A DNA stretch of 27,994 nt from a virus. Lineage: Duplodnaviria > Caudoviricetes. The notes beneath the pieces were generated by a model, which saw only the letters and a list, made by a program, of their open reading frames with translations, searched no databases and was not told the DNA's origin. The DNA is taken from positions 1 to 27,994 of the IMG/VR virus record IMGVR_UViG_3300012667_000102, one strand, 5' to 3'. Made by a program: the position numbers and the translations under genes. How positions within the stretch are numbered: the stretch's first letter is position 1; every line of letters begins with the position of its first letter. Of the stretch, positions 8,194 to 16,994 are shown piece by piece.

Positions 8194-10464
8194 TTATCTC
8201 CTTGTAGGCACTGATCTAGCACCTTGACTAGCCACTGCGTGAATAAATCCAGGATCACGAGCTACTAGACTCTTGAAGCTGGCAGCATCAACTGCTGAGA
8301 TGTTATAAACTACAGTGCCACCTAATTGATTGTTTGGAGTTACTGCTCTTCCAGCAGCTCCACTTATAATTTCTGGGCCACGTTCACCTACTAGCACAGG
8401 CGCATTAGTTGGAATAACGCCGCCATTAGCAAATCCTAATAAGTTCTTACCAATGCTTAATAGTGAGTCAACAAATCCACCACCGCCTGCACCACCAGTT
8501 GGTGTAAACACATTGCTTAACAGACTCTTAATATTGCTGCGTAAGATCTGTTCTGCAATATCACTTAATAGAGTCTTGAAGCTTAACTTACCTGTCTTGG
8601 CTAAGTTTACAAATGCATCTTCAATACCTTTAGTTGCTGTAGAAAAAATGGCTTGTGCTTGACTAGACGCATTAGTAGCATCATCAACATAGGATGCAAA
8701 GGCCTTGTTCCATCCTTGAGCAAAACTTCTTTGAACGTCTGAAATTTCTTGTGCATCTTTCAAAACTTGTGCGCTAACAACACCGCTTGATTGACGTTGG
8801 AATGCACTTCCTTTGATTAATATGTTAGCAGTATCTTGACCAATGGCTCCTAACTTGACAAAGTTTTGAATTGAGTCAACTACTCGCTTGTTTACTTCGT
8901 CATAACTGCCGCTCAACATGTTTGCATCATTAGTAGCTTGTGCTGCGGCCATTGTAGCATTGGCTCTTTCTGCTTGACTTACATTAGCCACGCTGGCCAT
9001 TAGTGATGCTCTTATATTGCTGAGATCAACCATACGCTGCTCAAGTGCAATACGTTCTTTAACGGTAGCAGTCTCACTCAATACTGCTGCTTGACGTTTG
9101 AAAGTTGAATCTAGTAATTGATTACCTGACGTAGCAGCACTATTCAATTGATTATAGATATCTTGCTGTGCTTTCAATGCAGCTATTGCAGCATCACTGG
9201 CTAATTTTTCTCTGCTGGCCTTTTCGTCAATACCTTTTAGTGTTTCGTCAAGGAATGCTCGCTGTGTTGCTTGACTAGTTTTATCCAGCGCATCAAATGC
9301 TGTTTGTGCATCTTGTTTGGCCTTAGCAGCGTCTTGCTCAATCTTAGCACGGGCTGCTGTTTGAATCTTTTGTTCTTCGGTTAGACTTAGACTTTGTAGA
9401 TCAAGATCATATTTGCTTCTGGCAATGTCAAAGCCGCGTTGTAGTTCTTGGCCGCTCTTACTAATAGATAATCTTTGTTTTTCTAATAGATCGTTGTAGC
9501 CTGTTTGATCTCTTGATGCAGTAGCAGCCTTAGGCTTTTCAGCTTCTTTGTTTAATTCTTTAGTTGCATCAGTAGCGTCTTTAGTTAGACCAATATAGCT
9601 GGCAATACCAACAGCCGCAGTGCCTAGAGCAACTAATGGATTCTTACTAGTTACTGCGTTGAGTAATAAGAATGCATCTCTTAATGCAAGCACACCACGA
9701 ATAACACCGGCAGCTGTGATAGCAATCAATGCAGCACCCATGGCACGGAAACCTACTACTAATAGATCAGTGTCTAACTTAATAGCACCAAGCATTCTAA
9801 ACAAAGGTTCAAATGCTTCTGCAAAGGCTAACTTGATTTGTTTGCCTATTTTTTCAATAGACTCAAATGCTTTAGCTGCTGTTTCTAATGCTGGTGCATA
9901 TTTTTCTGCTTCAATTCTAGCATCACGTTCATCAGCAATTAACTTTTGAAGATTAACACCAATGAGACTCTTACCAAAGAACTCAGTAGCTACTGCATTA
10001 CGCTGCATAGCATCTGGAATTTTACTTAGACTAACTAATAGTTTTTCTCTAATCTCACTTTGACTTAAACTTCCTAAGTCACTCATTGACACGCCTAACT
10101 TGGCAAAGCTACTAACAGCTTTGATGTTACCATTGTTAGCATCATCAACTGCATTGCTTAACCGCTGTAGAGCTTGTCCTACGTTCTCAGCCTTACCACC
10201 ACTTGATTGTAATGCACTTTGGAATGCCAATACTTCAGCAGTGGCAAGTCCATTGGCTGCTGCCACATCAGTAATGTCATCTGCAAATTTTGCAGTGCTA
10301 GTTGCTAGTGCTAATAAGGTAGCACCTAAGGCTGTTGCAGCCACATTCATTTTATCAAAGCTACCAGCAAACTTGCTTTGAATGCTTTCTATCTTAGAGC
10401 CAAGACGATCCAAAGCCTGTATAGCTGGATTGGTATTGGCATTTACTTGGACATCAATTGTCAT
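8194..10464 (-). CDS. Tail tape measure protein
   Basis: 756 aa, Ala-rich and helical; lambda-type C-terminal region (FAQGWNKAFASYVDDA..TGKLSFK) and FANGG...VLVGERGPE. Confidence 0.92.
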   Translation of the reverse strand: MTIDVQVNANTNPAIQALDRLGSKIESIQSKFAGSFDKMNVAATALGATLLALATSTAKFADDITDVAAANGLATAEVLAFQSALQSSGGKAENVGQALQRLSNAVDDANNGNIKAVSSFAKLGVSMSDLGSLSQSEIREKLLVSLSKIPDAMQRNAVATEFFGKSLIGVNLQKLIADERDARIEAEKYAPALETAAKAFESIEKIGKQIKLAFAEAFEPLFRMLGAIKLDTDLLVVGFRAMGAALIAITAAGVIRGVLALRDAFLLLNAVTSKNPLVALGTAAVGIASYIGLTKDATDATKELNKEAEKPKAATASRDQTGYNDLLEKQRLSISKSGQELQRGFDIARSKYDLDLQSLSLTEEQKIQTAARAKIEQDAAKAKQDAQTAFDALDKTSQATQRAFLDETLKGIDEKASREKLASDAAIAALKAQQDIYNQLNSAATSGNQLLDSTFKRQAAVLSETATVKERIALEQRMVDLSNIRASLMASVANVSQAERANATMAAAQATNDANMLSGSYDEVNKRVVDSIQNFVKLGAIGQDTANILIKGSAFQRQSSGVVSAQVLKDAQEISDVQRSFAQGWNKAFASYVDDATNASSQAQAIFSTATKGIEDAFVNLAKTGKLSFKTLLSDIAEQILRSNIKSLLSNVFTPTGGAGGGGFVDSLLSIGKNLLGFANGGVIPTNAPVLVGERGPEIISGAAGRAVTPNNQLGGTVVYNISAVDAASFKSLVARDPGFIHAVASQGARSVPTRR

Positions 10465-10465
10465 G

Positions 10466-10789
10466 TTATTTTCCTGTTATCTGGCGAACACGATTACGAA
10501 TAAACTGTTCTGTTGGCTTGCTCATACCCTGCGGTGCTTGCTTACTACCACGCATACCACTTGAAGTCATGTGACGACCTTTGTCAAGAACTTCAGCATA
10601 GTCATATCTAGCATGAATGGTTTTATTCTGTAAGCTGGTGTTACGTCGAGCGTTACCAGTATCAACAGGAGTAATACGTCTGAAGTATTGATAGGCTTCT
10701 GCGGGCAAGTTGGCTAGCTCTGCTTGAACACGTTTTAGTTGATCTAATGTGGTTCTAGCATTAAACTGGATATCAAATTGTATACTCAT
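10466..10789 (-). CDS. HK97 gp10-like neck/tail completion protein
   Basis: TPVDTGNARR, YAEVLDKG, SKQAPQGM..PT motifs. Confidence 0.75.
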   Translation of the reverse strand: MSIQFDIQFNARTTLDQLKRVQAELANLPAEAYQYFRRITPVDTGNARRNTSLQNKTIHARYDYAEVLDKGRHMTSSGMRGSKQAPQGMSKPTEQFIRNRVRQITGK

Positions 10790-11064
10790 TCAAGCTCCTT
10801 TATTCTTTGCTCGTTTAAATTACGAGCCACCTGCATCATACGCAAGAGTTGATCTTGTTTTGTTTCAACCTTAGGTGCTTGACCATTGGCTAAATCATTA
10901 CGACGACGCTCCCACTTGGTGCTGACATCTAAGACATAGAGATCGAATGTAGTAGCTCTAGATAAGGCTTCACTGGGTAAGCACATATATCTATGAGCGA
11001 GGTTATCCAACGTCAGGATCATCATGGTATCCTGACTGTCCCAATCAGGATCCCCGCCTATTAC
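10786..11064 (-). CDS. Tail assembly chaperone, -1 frameshift extension (gpT-like; fusion about 190 aa)
   Basis: The -1 frame is open from the slippery site into ORF 10786-11025; LAHRYMCLPSEAL motif. Confidence 0.8.
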   Translation of the reverse strand, partial: VIGGDPDWDSQDTMMILTLDNLAHRYMCLPSEALSRATTFDLYVLDVSTKWERRRNDLANGQAPKVETKQDQLLRMMQVARNLNEQRIKELE

Positions 11065-11357
11065 TTTCCCAGTAGATCAACAATCTTAGCAATTGCCTTC
11101 AATAAGATATTGCTAGGTAACATGTTGTCGGCCTGGATAACTTCTTTGCCTTCTTCGTCTAATATCATTGTTCTAACAATGTCAAACATGACTTTAGGAT
11201 CAGTATTGCTTACTGTGGCTAACTTCATGAATGTATCAAGTGGTTGTCGATCCCATGTCCAGAATTCGACAGTCTCACCGAACTCCTTGACGACATCCTC
11301 GTCATCAATGGTAATCTTTGTTAGTTGGGGCTTTGCAGCCAATTGTGAGAGTTTCAT
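11061..11357 (-). CDS. Tail assembly chaperone (gpG-like)
   Basis: 98 aa between tail tube and tape measure; ends ...LLGK on G GGA AAG. Confidence 0.85.
   Translation of the reverse strand: MKLSQLAAKPQLTKITIDDEDVVKEFGETVEFWTWDRQPLDTFMKLATVSNTDPKVMFDIVRTMILDEEGKEVIQADNMLPSNILLKAIAKIVDLLGK
11064..11070 (-). other. Programmed -1 frameshift slippery site GGGAAAG
   Basis: Identical to the lambda G/GT heptamer, in the correct phase, directly before the stop. Confidence 0.85.
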
Positions 11358-11360
11358 CTT

Positions 11361-11534
11361 TTAATCCTTTGATCTGTTAATCAGTGTATTGGTAATAGCA
11401 AGTAAGAAACCTATCCTACCTGTTATCTTATCTATGTCTCCCCTAGCGCACTGGAGTTCATTCCTGGCTTTGGCCAACTCCGCTAAGAGACTCTTGTATA
11501 AATCTTCATCTGTCTTTGAATCCAGAATGTCCAT
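11361..11534 (-). CDS. Hypothetical coiled-coil protein, 57 aa (not in ORF track)
   Basis: MDILDSKTDEDLYKSLLAELAKARNELQCARGDIDKITGRIGFLLAITNTLINRSKD; AAGGA SD; fills the gap between genes. Confidence 0.75.
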   Translation of the reverse strand: MDILDSKTDEDLYKSLLAELAKARNELQCARGDIDKITGRIGFLLAITNTLINRSKD

Positions 11535-11551
11535 AAATCTTTTTCCTTACA

Positions 11552-11560
11552 GTATTTATT
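11552..11560 (-). promoter_or_regulatory. T4-late-like promoter box AATAAATAC
   Basis: Just downstream of a terminator and 17 nt before the ATG at 11534. Confidence 0.6.
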
Positions 11561-11565
11561 TTTTA

Positions 11566-11596
11566 AACAAAAATAGGAGCCAATAAGCTCCTATTT
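11566..11596 (-). terminator. Intrinsic terminator after the major tail gene
   Basis: AAATAGGAGC-6 nt-GCTCCTATTT followed by TTGTTT. Confidence 0.75.
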
Positions 11597-11613
11597 CCTT
11601 ACTTAACTTCTAA

Positions 11614-12135
11614 TTAAGTCGCTGCGATTGTGTATTCGCCACTTACAGTGATAGTCACTGGAGTAACCCATACAGGTGAATCAGCTGATACCGTTGGTGC
11701 AAGACCAGTGATATAACCAACACCTTTGATGAAACGATCAGCAGTAGCTTGGTTTGAACCACCTTCAACAAACTTCAAGATGAAGTTGATCAAAGTTTTG
11801 TTGCGGCTGCAACCCATTAGACCTTGCTCAGCAATAGTGCCAGTAGCGGCAGCTGTTAAGCTAGTTCCAAAGAAAATTGCATCGTCAACTACCAAGTTCA
11901 TTGATAAGCTGTTAGTAGCTGTAGTAGCAACTTGCTTTTTAGCACTGCTATCTAGTTGTGTCCAAGTGAACACGTCATTAGCGGCGTTAACCGTAATGTC
12001 TTGCAGGCCAGCAACTGAAAGTGCTCCTGCGCCTTGTGTGACATCGTCAACAGAGTCAGCAACATCTAAAAACAGAGTGATCTGATTAGATGAACCTGGG
12101 CCTGGACTGATGTATGATGGGCTTGAATATGCCAT
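11614..12135 (-). CDS. Major tail tube protein
   Basis: 173 aa, beta-rich, G.GYITGLAPTVSADSPVWVTPVTITVSG; upstream of chaperones and tape measure. Confidence 0.8.
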   Translation of the reverse strand: MAYSSPSYISPGPGSSNQITLFLDVADSVDDVTQGAGALSVAGLQDITVNAANDVFTWTQLDSSAKKQVATTATNSLSMNLVVDDAIFFGTSLTAAATGTIAEQGLMGCSRNKTLINFILKFVEGGSNQATADRFIKGVGYITGLAPTVSADSPVWVTPVTITVSGEYTIAAT

Positions 12136-12145
12136 GTTAGGCTCC

Positions 12146-12538
12146 TTATATAATTGTTGTGAATCGAAACTCTAACTCTGTTACTAGTAAGTCTTCTTCA
12201 AAGCTAGTTGAGACTAAACACTCACGACGTGTAACGCCTGTGATTGTGCTTACATCTTTTCCTGCTCTTAAGCTAGTGATTACTGTATCATAGTTAGGTG
12301 GTAATTGTTTAGCATCTGACGCAAAGTAGACACGAACTGATGCAATTTCAGAATCGATCTGGATACCATTCATCGTAGCAATAAGAGGCTCATTAGAAAA
12401 TTGAGTGCGATCCACGTAAATTCTTTTAGCGTTCTTAATGTATAATGGGGTTCCTGAACTAGTGAATGGCAGCTCTTGACTTAGGATGAATCCACCTAAG
12501 TTTTGAGTTCCAATATAATTAACTAGCTCTTGTCTCAT
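12146..12538 (-). CDS. Putative tail terminator/completion protein
   Basis: Size (130 aa) and position between adaptor and tail tube. Confidence 0.55.
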   Translation of the reverse strand: MRQELVNYIGTQNLGGFILSQELPFTSSGTPLYIKNAKRIYVDRTQFSNEPLIATMNGIQIDSEIASVRVYFASDAKQLPPNYDTVITSLRAGKDVSTITGVTRRECLVSTSFEEDLLVTELEFRFTTII

Positions 12539-13044
12539 CTTACTCTCTTTAAGTTGGTAATGCCTGGGCTCTTCTCTGAACTTGAAATAGTGCCTGAGTT
12601 GTCAAAATCATACCAATCACCTGCTTGAACTAATTCGTCAAACAATGCATCTGCTCGTTGGGTGTAGTAACCCATCTTCTGACGCTCTGCTGAATCTTGG
12701 TTTGCAAAATCAGCAATACTTGGCAAAATGTAATCTGCCAATGCGACATAGACGCATAGTTCTGTGAAATCAGCTTGTCGGGCTTTGATTTGATCTGGAT
12801 CCAGTGCAGGTATATCAGCTACAGTAGAAACATTAACACTAGTGTTACGTGCTCTAAAATAGCCTCTCCACCATGCAGTGGTTCTAAACTTAGTCAATAT
12901 ACGGTCAGTAGCGCGAACCAATAGAGGCTCAACTACGTCATCAGAAAGGCCTTCATTGACTTCAAACAGACGCTGATCTTTTTCAAGAACGTCTGAGTAT
13001 TCAGCAAAGCTGACTACGGTTGAGTTTTCAGTAACGAAAGCCAT
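12535..13044 (-). CDS. Putative head-tail adaptor
   Basis: Helical 169 aa protein directly after the capsid gene. Confidence 0.6.
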   Translation of the reverse strand: MAFVTENSTVVSFAEYSDVLEKDQRLFEVNEGLSDDVVEPLLVRATDRILTKFRTTAWWRGYFRARNTSVNVSTVADIPALDPDQIKARQADFTELCVYVALADYILPSIADFANQDSAERQKMGYYTQRADALFDELVQAGDWYDFDNSGTISSSEKSPGITNLKRVR

Positions 13045-13056
13045 TCGTAACTCCGA

Positions 13057-13914
13057 TTAGATGCTTGAATCCATCTTCAAGTAACGGCCTAAACCATCTT
13101 GAAGTTCGCCAACACCGTAGTGAGCGCTTGCTACGATTTCAGTAGACAAGTAATCAATACGACGAGCTGTTTCGATTTGAACATCACCAATTAGAGCAAG
13201 ACCTAATGCTTCACGGTGGAATACAGCACCTGGGAAGTCACCAGCGTTTGTATCATAGTCAATGTTAGATGTTTCGTAAACTGGAACACCAGCTAACATA
13301 CCAACATAACCCATACGCATTGCTTCGTTAGCAACATCACCGAATGAACCCATAGAGAACGCAGCAGTGCTTCCGCCAGTTGTCAATGCTTTCTTCAAGT
13401 CATATGCAATTTCTGGGTGCAATACGCAAACGATACCTTCTGGAGCAACACCAGCGCCACGTAGTTTAGCTACGCTTTCGAAGATGTCAGCAGCAGTGAT
13501 AGCAGCAGAGTAGTCACCTTTACCAGCTGAGAAACCAGCGAACAAAGCTGTTAAGTCTTTGTCGATCTTACGTGCAATACCTTCACCGAACAAACGGCCT
13601 AGGTCAGCAACAACGTTGCTAGAGCTAGAAGCTACTGACAAGTCAGTAACCATAGTGCGGATTGCGTTAGTAGCAACAGTCAATGTAGCACCGCTTGTAG
13701 AAACAGCAGTGTTAGTAACAATGTCACCTTCAGTAACAGCAGCAGCACTTACTTGTGGGTAAATTGGAACTGTTACAGTTTTACCTTGACCTGCGCCAAG
13801 AGTGTAGTTCTTAACGAGACCGCGCATGATAGAGCGCTCGTTAGCTACGAACATTGCCTCAGCAACGATTGCTGGCAATAAGTCATTTAGAGTTGTGGTT
13901 GTTGAACCGGCCAT
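13057..13914 (-). CDS. Major capsid protein (HK97 fold)
   Basis: GKTVTVP.Y, GEGIARKIDKDL, CVLHPE.AYDL, G.VGMLAGVPVYETSNI, AVFHREALGLA motifs; AAGGAG SD. Confidence 0.9.
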   Translation of the reverse strand: MAGSTTTTLNDLLPAIVAEAMFVANERSIMRGLVKNYTLGAGQGKTVTVPIYPQVSAAAVTEGDIVTNTAVSTSGATLTVATNAIRTMVTDLSVASSSSNVVADLGRLFGEGIARKIDKDLTALFAGFSAGKGDYSAAITAADIFESVAKLRGAGVAPEGIVCVLHPEIAYDLKKALTTGGSTAAFSMGSFGDVANEAMRMGYVGMLAGVPVYETSNIDYDTNAGDFPGAVFHREALGLALIGDVQIETARRIDYLSTEIVASAHYGVGELQDGLGRYLKMDSSI

Positions 13915-13934
13915 AATAATTCTCCTTAGTTAAT

Positions 13935-14618
13935 TTAGGCTAAACCGATGGACTTACGATGTTGTGCGTAAATCTTACGGTGTTCTGGATTCTGCATATC
14001 TAATTTGCTGATATCCAATTTTTCCGCTGAACCACTAGAGATATTACTTCTAGTATTAGTAGTTGACGGGCTAGCCATCTTGAAGTGCGGATTCGAATCT
14101 AAGAAGCCACGCACTAGCTCTTCTACAGCAATAGGTTCACCCCGATCGTTGTATCTAACTGAGCCTTTCTCATCTACTACTTCTACTTCACCTTCGGAAT
14201 TAAGTCTTACATTCTGTGCTAGTAATGCTTTGACTTGTTCTGCATTGACTGCATTGAACTTAGCTGCGGCACTTAACAATGGAACATTAACCTTGTATTC
14301 CTTGATGACTGAGTCTCTCTTTTGGATTTCAGCATCCTTTTTAGCAGCCATTTCTTGTAGAGTTTTTTCGAACTCACCACGCTTGATCTGTTGTTCCTGT
14401 TGACGCTTTTCGTAATCAGTTTTAATGTTACGTAGTTCATCTGGATCACCTAGGTCTTCGTAGGGCTTGAGAAGTTTCTTCTGTAATGAACCCTTCATTC
14501 GGGCCATCATATCATTGACTTCGTCTTGCGTATAAGTCTTGGTTGCTTGTGCCTGATTTCCTGAATCTAAGTTCGCCGCATCAGTTGCGTTATCTGTTAC
14601 CAATGAATTGTCTGTCAT
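13935..14618 (-). CDS. Capsid scaffolding protein
   Basis: KTYTQDEVN motif, coiled coil, located before the capsid gene; GGAGG SD. Confidence 0.8.
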   Translation of the reverse strand: MTDNSLVTDNATDAANLDSGNQAQATKTYTQDEVNDMMARMKGSLQKKLLKPYEDLGDPDELRNIKTDYEKRQQEQQIKRGEFEKTLQEMAAKKDAEIQKRDSVIKEYKVNVPLLSAAAKFNAVNAEQVKALLAQNVRLNSEGEVEVVDEKGSVRYNDRGEPIAVEELVRGFLDSNPHFKMASPSTTNTRSNISSGSAEKLDISKLDMQNPEHRKIYAQHRKSIGLA

Positions 14619-14650
14619 TGTGGCATCGCCTCCTAATTGAGTTTGGTCTA

Positions 14651-14660
14651 GTATTTATAG
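14651..14660 (-). promoter_or_regulatory. T4 late promoter consensus TATAAATA
   Basis: CTATAAATAC 32 nt upstream of the scaffold-capsid operon; exact match to the T4 gp55 consensus. Confidence 0.7.
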
Positions 14661-14699
14661 ACAACGGAGTAAATTGCCTATAAAACGAGTAAAAAGACC

Positions 14700-14930
14700 T
14701 TAAAATTTTAAAAGAATGGTAACAATCAATGCTAACAAACTAGACACAATAGTTGCACTGGCACCTATGATGGTCTTGCTCATCGAATCCTTACTGTCTG
14801 CAATGGCTCGGCCCAGTTCGCTTACTTTTGTCTCAATAATTGATAGACGTGATTCCAGTTGTTTATAACGTTCAGCACAAAGATCTACGTGTGCTTCTAG
14901 GTTTTCTCGTTCTAGATTAGTAGTTTCCAT
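14700..14930 (-). CDS. Coiled-coil protein with C-terminal transmembrane helix, 76 aa (holin- or XhlA-like candidate)
   Basis: METTNLERENLEAHVDLCAERY...IIGASATIVSSLLALIVTILLKF; start reassigned to ATG 14930. Confidence 0.65.
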   Translation of the reverse strand: METTNLERENLEAHVDLCAERYKQLESRLSIIETKVSELGRAIADSKDSMSKTIIGASATIVSSLLALIVTILLKF

Positions 14931-14931
14931 T

Positions 14932-15078
14932 TTATTTCTTCTTCTTTGCGGCTGCTTGGCTGGCTTTGATTGCTTGGGCTTGCTTGACTGCTTGTGCTCG
15001 GGTTGGATAGACTTTTCCAGTTGTTCCATATTGATATCCTTTACCACCTCTAGGGCCTGTTGCTCTGTGTATAGGCAT
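14932..15078 (-). CDS. Small basic protein, 48 aa (not in ORF track)
   Basis: MPIHRATGPRGGKGYQYGTTGKVYPTRAQAVKQAQAIKASQAAAKKKK; tiles between its neighbours with 1-2 nt gaps. Confidence 0.75.
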   Translation of the reverse strand: MPIHRATGPRGGKGYQYGTTGKVYPTRAQAVKQAQAIKASQAAAKKKK

Positions 15079-15080
15079 GA

Positions 15081-15152
15081 TTACTTCTTAGGCGGCTTAG
15101 GACGCTTTTTGTTCTTGGCAGTTCTCATGCCACGGACAGGTAATGCTTTCAT
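15081..15152 (-). CDS. Nested in-frame 23-aa basic peptide
   Basis: AAGGAG-AAAACC-ATG inside the nuclease ORF; MKALPVRGMRTAKNKKRPKPPKK. Confidence 0.5.
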   Translation of the reverse strand: MKALPVRGMRTAKNKKRPKPPKK

Positions 15153-15455
15153 GGTTTTCTCCTTGTGGGTTGGATGCGTAATCTCAGTGTGTGTTGTTTC
15201 AATATATTGCAATAAGTTTAATGCAAATGTTCTAAGACGGTTCTTGTCCATACGACTGCGAGGCATGTTGTTTTCAATTTTGCCTAACATTGAGTTGCAA
15301 CCACGATGTAAGACTTGACGAACTAGTCCTGACTTATGATCGTGATCCAACACAGCATCATCTATGATAATGTCGCCACAAAGAGCACAGAGATTATTTT
15401 GTTCTTGTAATTGTTGGAGTCTATAACCCCTAATCTCTGTGCTCTTCAACTTCAC
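15081..15455 (-). CDS. Endonuclease VII-like (His-Me finger) nuclease
   Basis: QNNLCALC...VLDHDHKSGLVRQVLHRGCNSMLGKIEN. Confidence 0.85.
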   Translation of the reverse strand: MKLKSTEIRGYRLQQLQEQNNLCALCGDIIIDDAVLDHDHKSGLVRQVLHRGCNSMLGKIENNMPRSRMDKNRLRTFALNLLQYIETTHTEITHPTHKEKTMKALPVRGMRTAKNKKRPKPPKK

Positions 15456-15470
15456 CGACTCGCTCCCGGC

Positions 15471-16979
15471 TTACTCTTCTGATTCTTCAGAATGTATCCA
15501 GCCTTGATTGGCTAATACAATATGTTCTTCTTGTCTAGTAACTGTGCGTTGCTCACCAGTAACTGGGTTAGTCATTACGTGTGTCATGAACTCTTCTACT
15601 TGTTCAGGCACTGTGCTAGGACTAATGATCTGTGGATTTGCTAGTGCGGCTAGTTCATCTTCATCAAGATCAAGCCAATCAAGTATCTTCATATCAATAG
15701 CAGCTTTGACTCTAGGGTCAGCAGGGTTAGTGCTAGCTGCACGTTGCAACTGTTCAATCTCTTTGCCGTTGTCACGAATGTTGAAGCTGCCAGGATAGTC
15801 AACTGATCCCATCCACTGTTCACCTTGATAGGCAAACCATAGTTCCCACATTTGTTCTTCAGCAAGTTCTAAGTTATCAGCTTTCTCACTTAGACGTGCA
15901 TTAAGTAACTGAAATTCAGTTTCCATAGCAACACCACTCATAGTGCGTGACTCAGTAGCACGAACACTTCCGGTGTTGGCCATCTTGTCAATAGCTTCAA
16001 TAGCATGATTGATTGCACTTTGAATTGCACTGATCTCAGCGCCTGTGAACTCAAGCAAGTATGGCTTCAAGCCTGGATCCAAGTTCTCTGGCATATGAAT
16101 AATAGCACCAGCACCACTGCCAGCTTGTGTTTCTGGTGTCTTGACTAAACTTGGGTGACTGTCTAAACGAATCGTCTGTTCAATTTCACTTGTTGCATTG
16201 TAGATGAACTTTTGTTGATCAGCAATGTCAGCAATGTCACTGATACCAATGCCGCGTGTGATTGATCGACCATTGTAAGCGCATACTGCTGGGATCTTGC
16301 CCAAGCCGTTGACTTCAATAATTGTTTCATTAACTAATCCTTTTTGCACATCAACTACAGTAGTTGTAATTGTTTCAGGTGTCCACTCTTTGATAACACG
16401 AATGTCACCGTTTGAATCTTCAAGATACTTGATGTAGCTAAGTTCATAACGACCCATTGAGCTACGAGACCACTTCCAGTCAAGCATAGTTAACGGAGTA
16501 ATTAAACTTACATATGGTCTAACGCCTGCGGCTAATTCATCTGCTCTAGTAACAGCACCAACATTAGGCTTAGCTACCATAATCCAGCAGTGTCCAAACA
16601 CTGAGCTCCATGTGGCAACATCTTTCATGAATGCGTTTAGTGAGCGACCATCTAGGTCAGCGTCACGTAAGAACATTTCAAGTTCAAAGCTTTCTGTATT
16701 GTTACTAAACTCACGATTAGGTTCTTCACGGAACAAGAAGCTGTTATAAACTGAGATAACGCTAGCGCAATGATTTTCTAATGGAGTTGTCTTTAGACGT
16801 GCAGCGTATTCAATTTGTGTTTCAAGTTGATAACGTGTTAAGTGTCCTGCTTGGCGATATTCTTCTCCGCCAACATAGCTTTCAAGCAAGTAGGTCCATT
16901 GATCTTGGTAGGTGTTGTATATTGCATTGCCACTTACCAGTTGAGCAATTTCCGTGCTTAGTGTTTGAATTGAATTCAT
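15471..16979 (-). CDS. Portal protein
   Basis: 502 aa after terL; GKIPAV, GISDIADIAD.QK.IYN..SE, SGVAMETEFQLLNARLSEKADNLE.AE motifs. Confidence 0.9.
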   Translation of the reverse strand: MNSIQTLSTEIAQLVSGNAIYNTYQDQWTYLLESYVGGEEYRQAGHLTRYQLETQIEYAARLKTTPLENHCASVISVYNSFLFREEPNREFSNNTESFELEMFLRDADLDGRSLNAFMKDVATWSSVFGHCWIMVAKPNVGAVTRADELAAGVRPYVSLITPLTMLDWKWSRSSMGRYELSYIKYLEDSNGDIRVIKEWTPETITTTVVDVQKGLVNETIIEVNGLGKIPAVCAYNGRSITRGIGISDIADIADQQKFIYNATSEIEQTIRLDSHPSLVKTPETQAGSGAGAIIHMPENLDPGLKPYLLEFTGAEISAIQSAINHAIEAIDKMANTGSVRATESRTMSGVAMETEFQLLNARLSEKADNLELAEEQMWELWFAYQGEQWMGSVDYPGSFNIRDNGKEIEQLQRAASTNPADPRVKAAIDMKILDWLDLDEDELAALANPQIISPSTVPEQVEEFMTHVMTNPVTGEQRTVTRQEEHIVLANQGWIHSEESEE

Positions 16980-16994
16980 TTAATCTTTTCCTTG

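Noticed and set aside
14931-15047. N-terminal extension of ORF 14700-15047
   Set aside because: It overlaps the better 48-aa ORF 14932-15078 in another frame; ATG 14930 tiles cleanly
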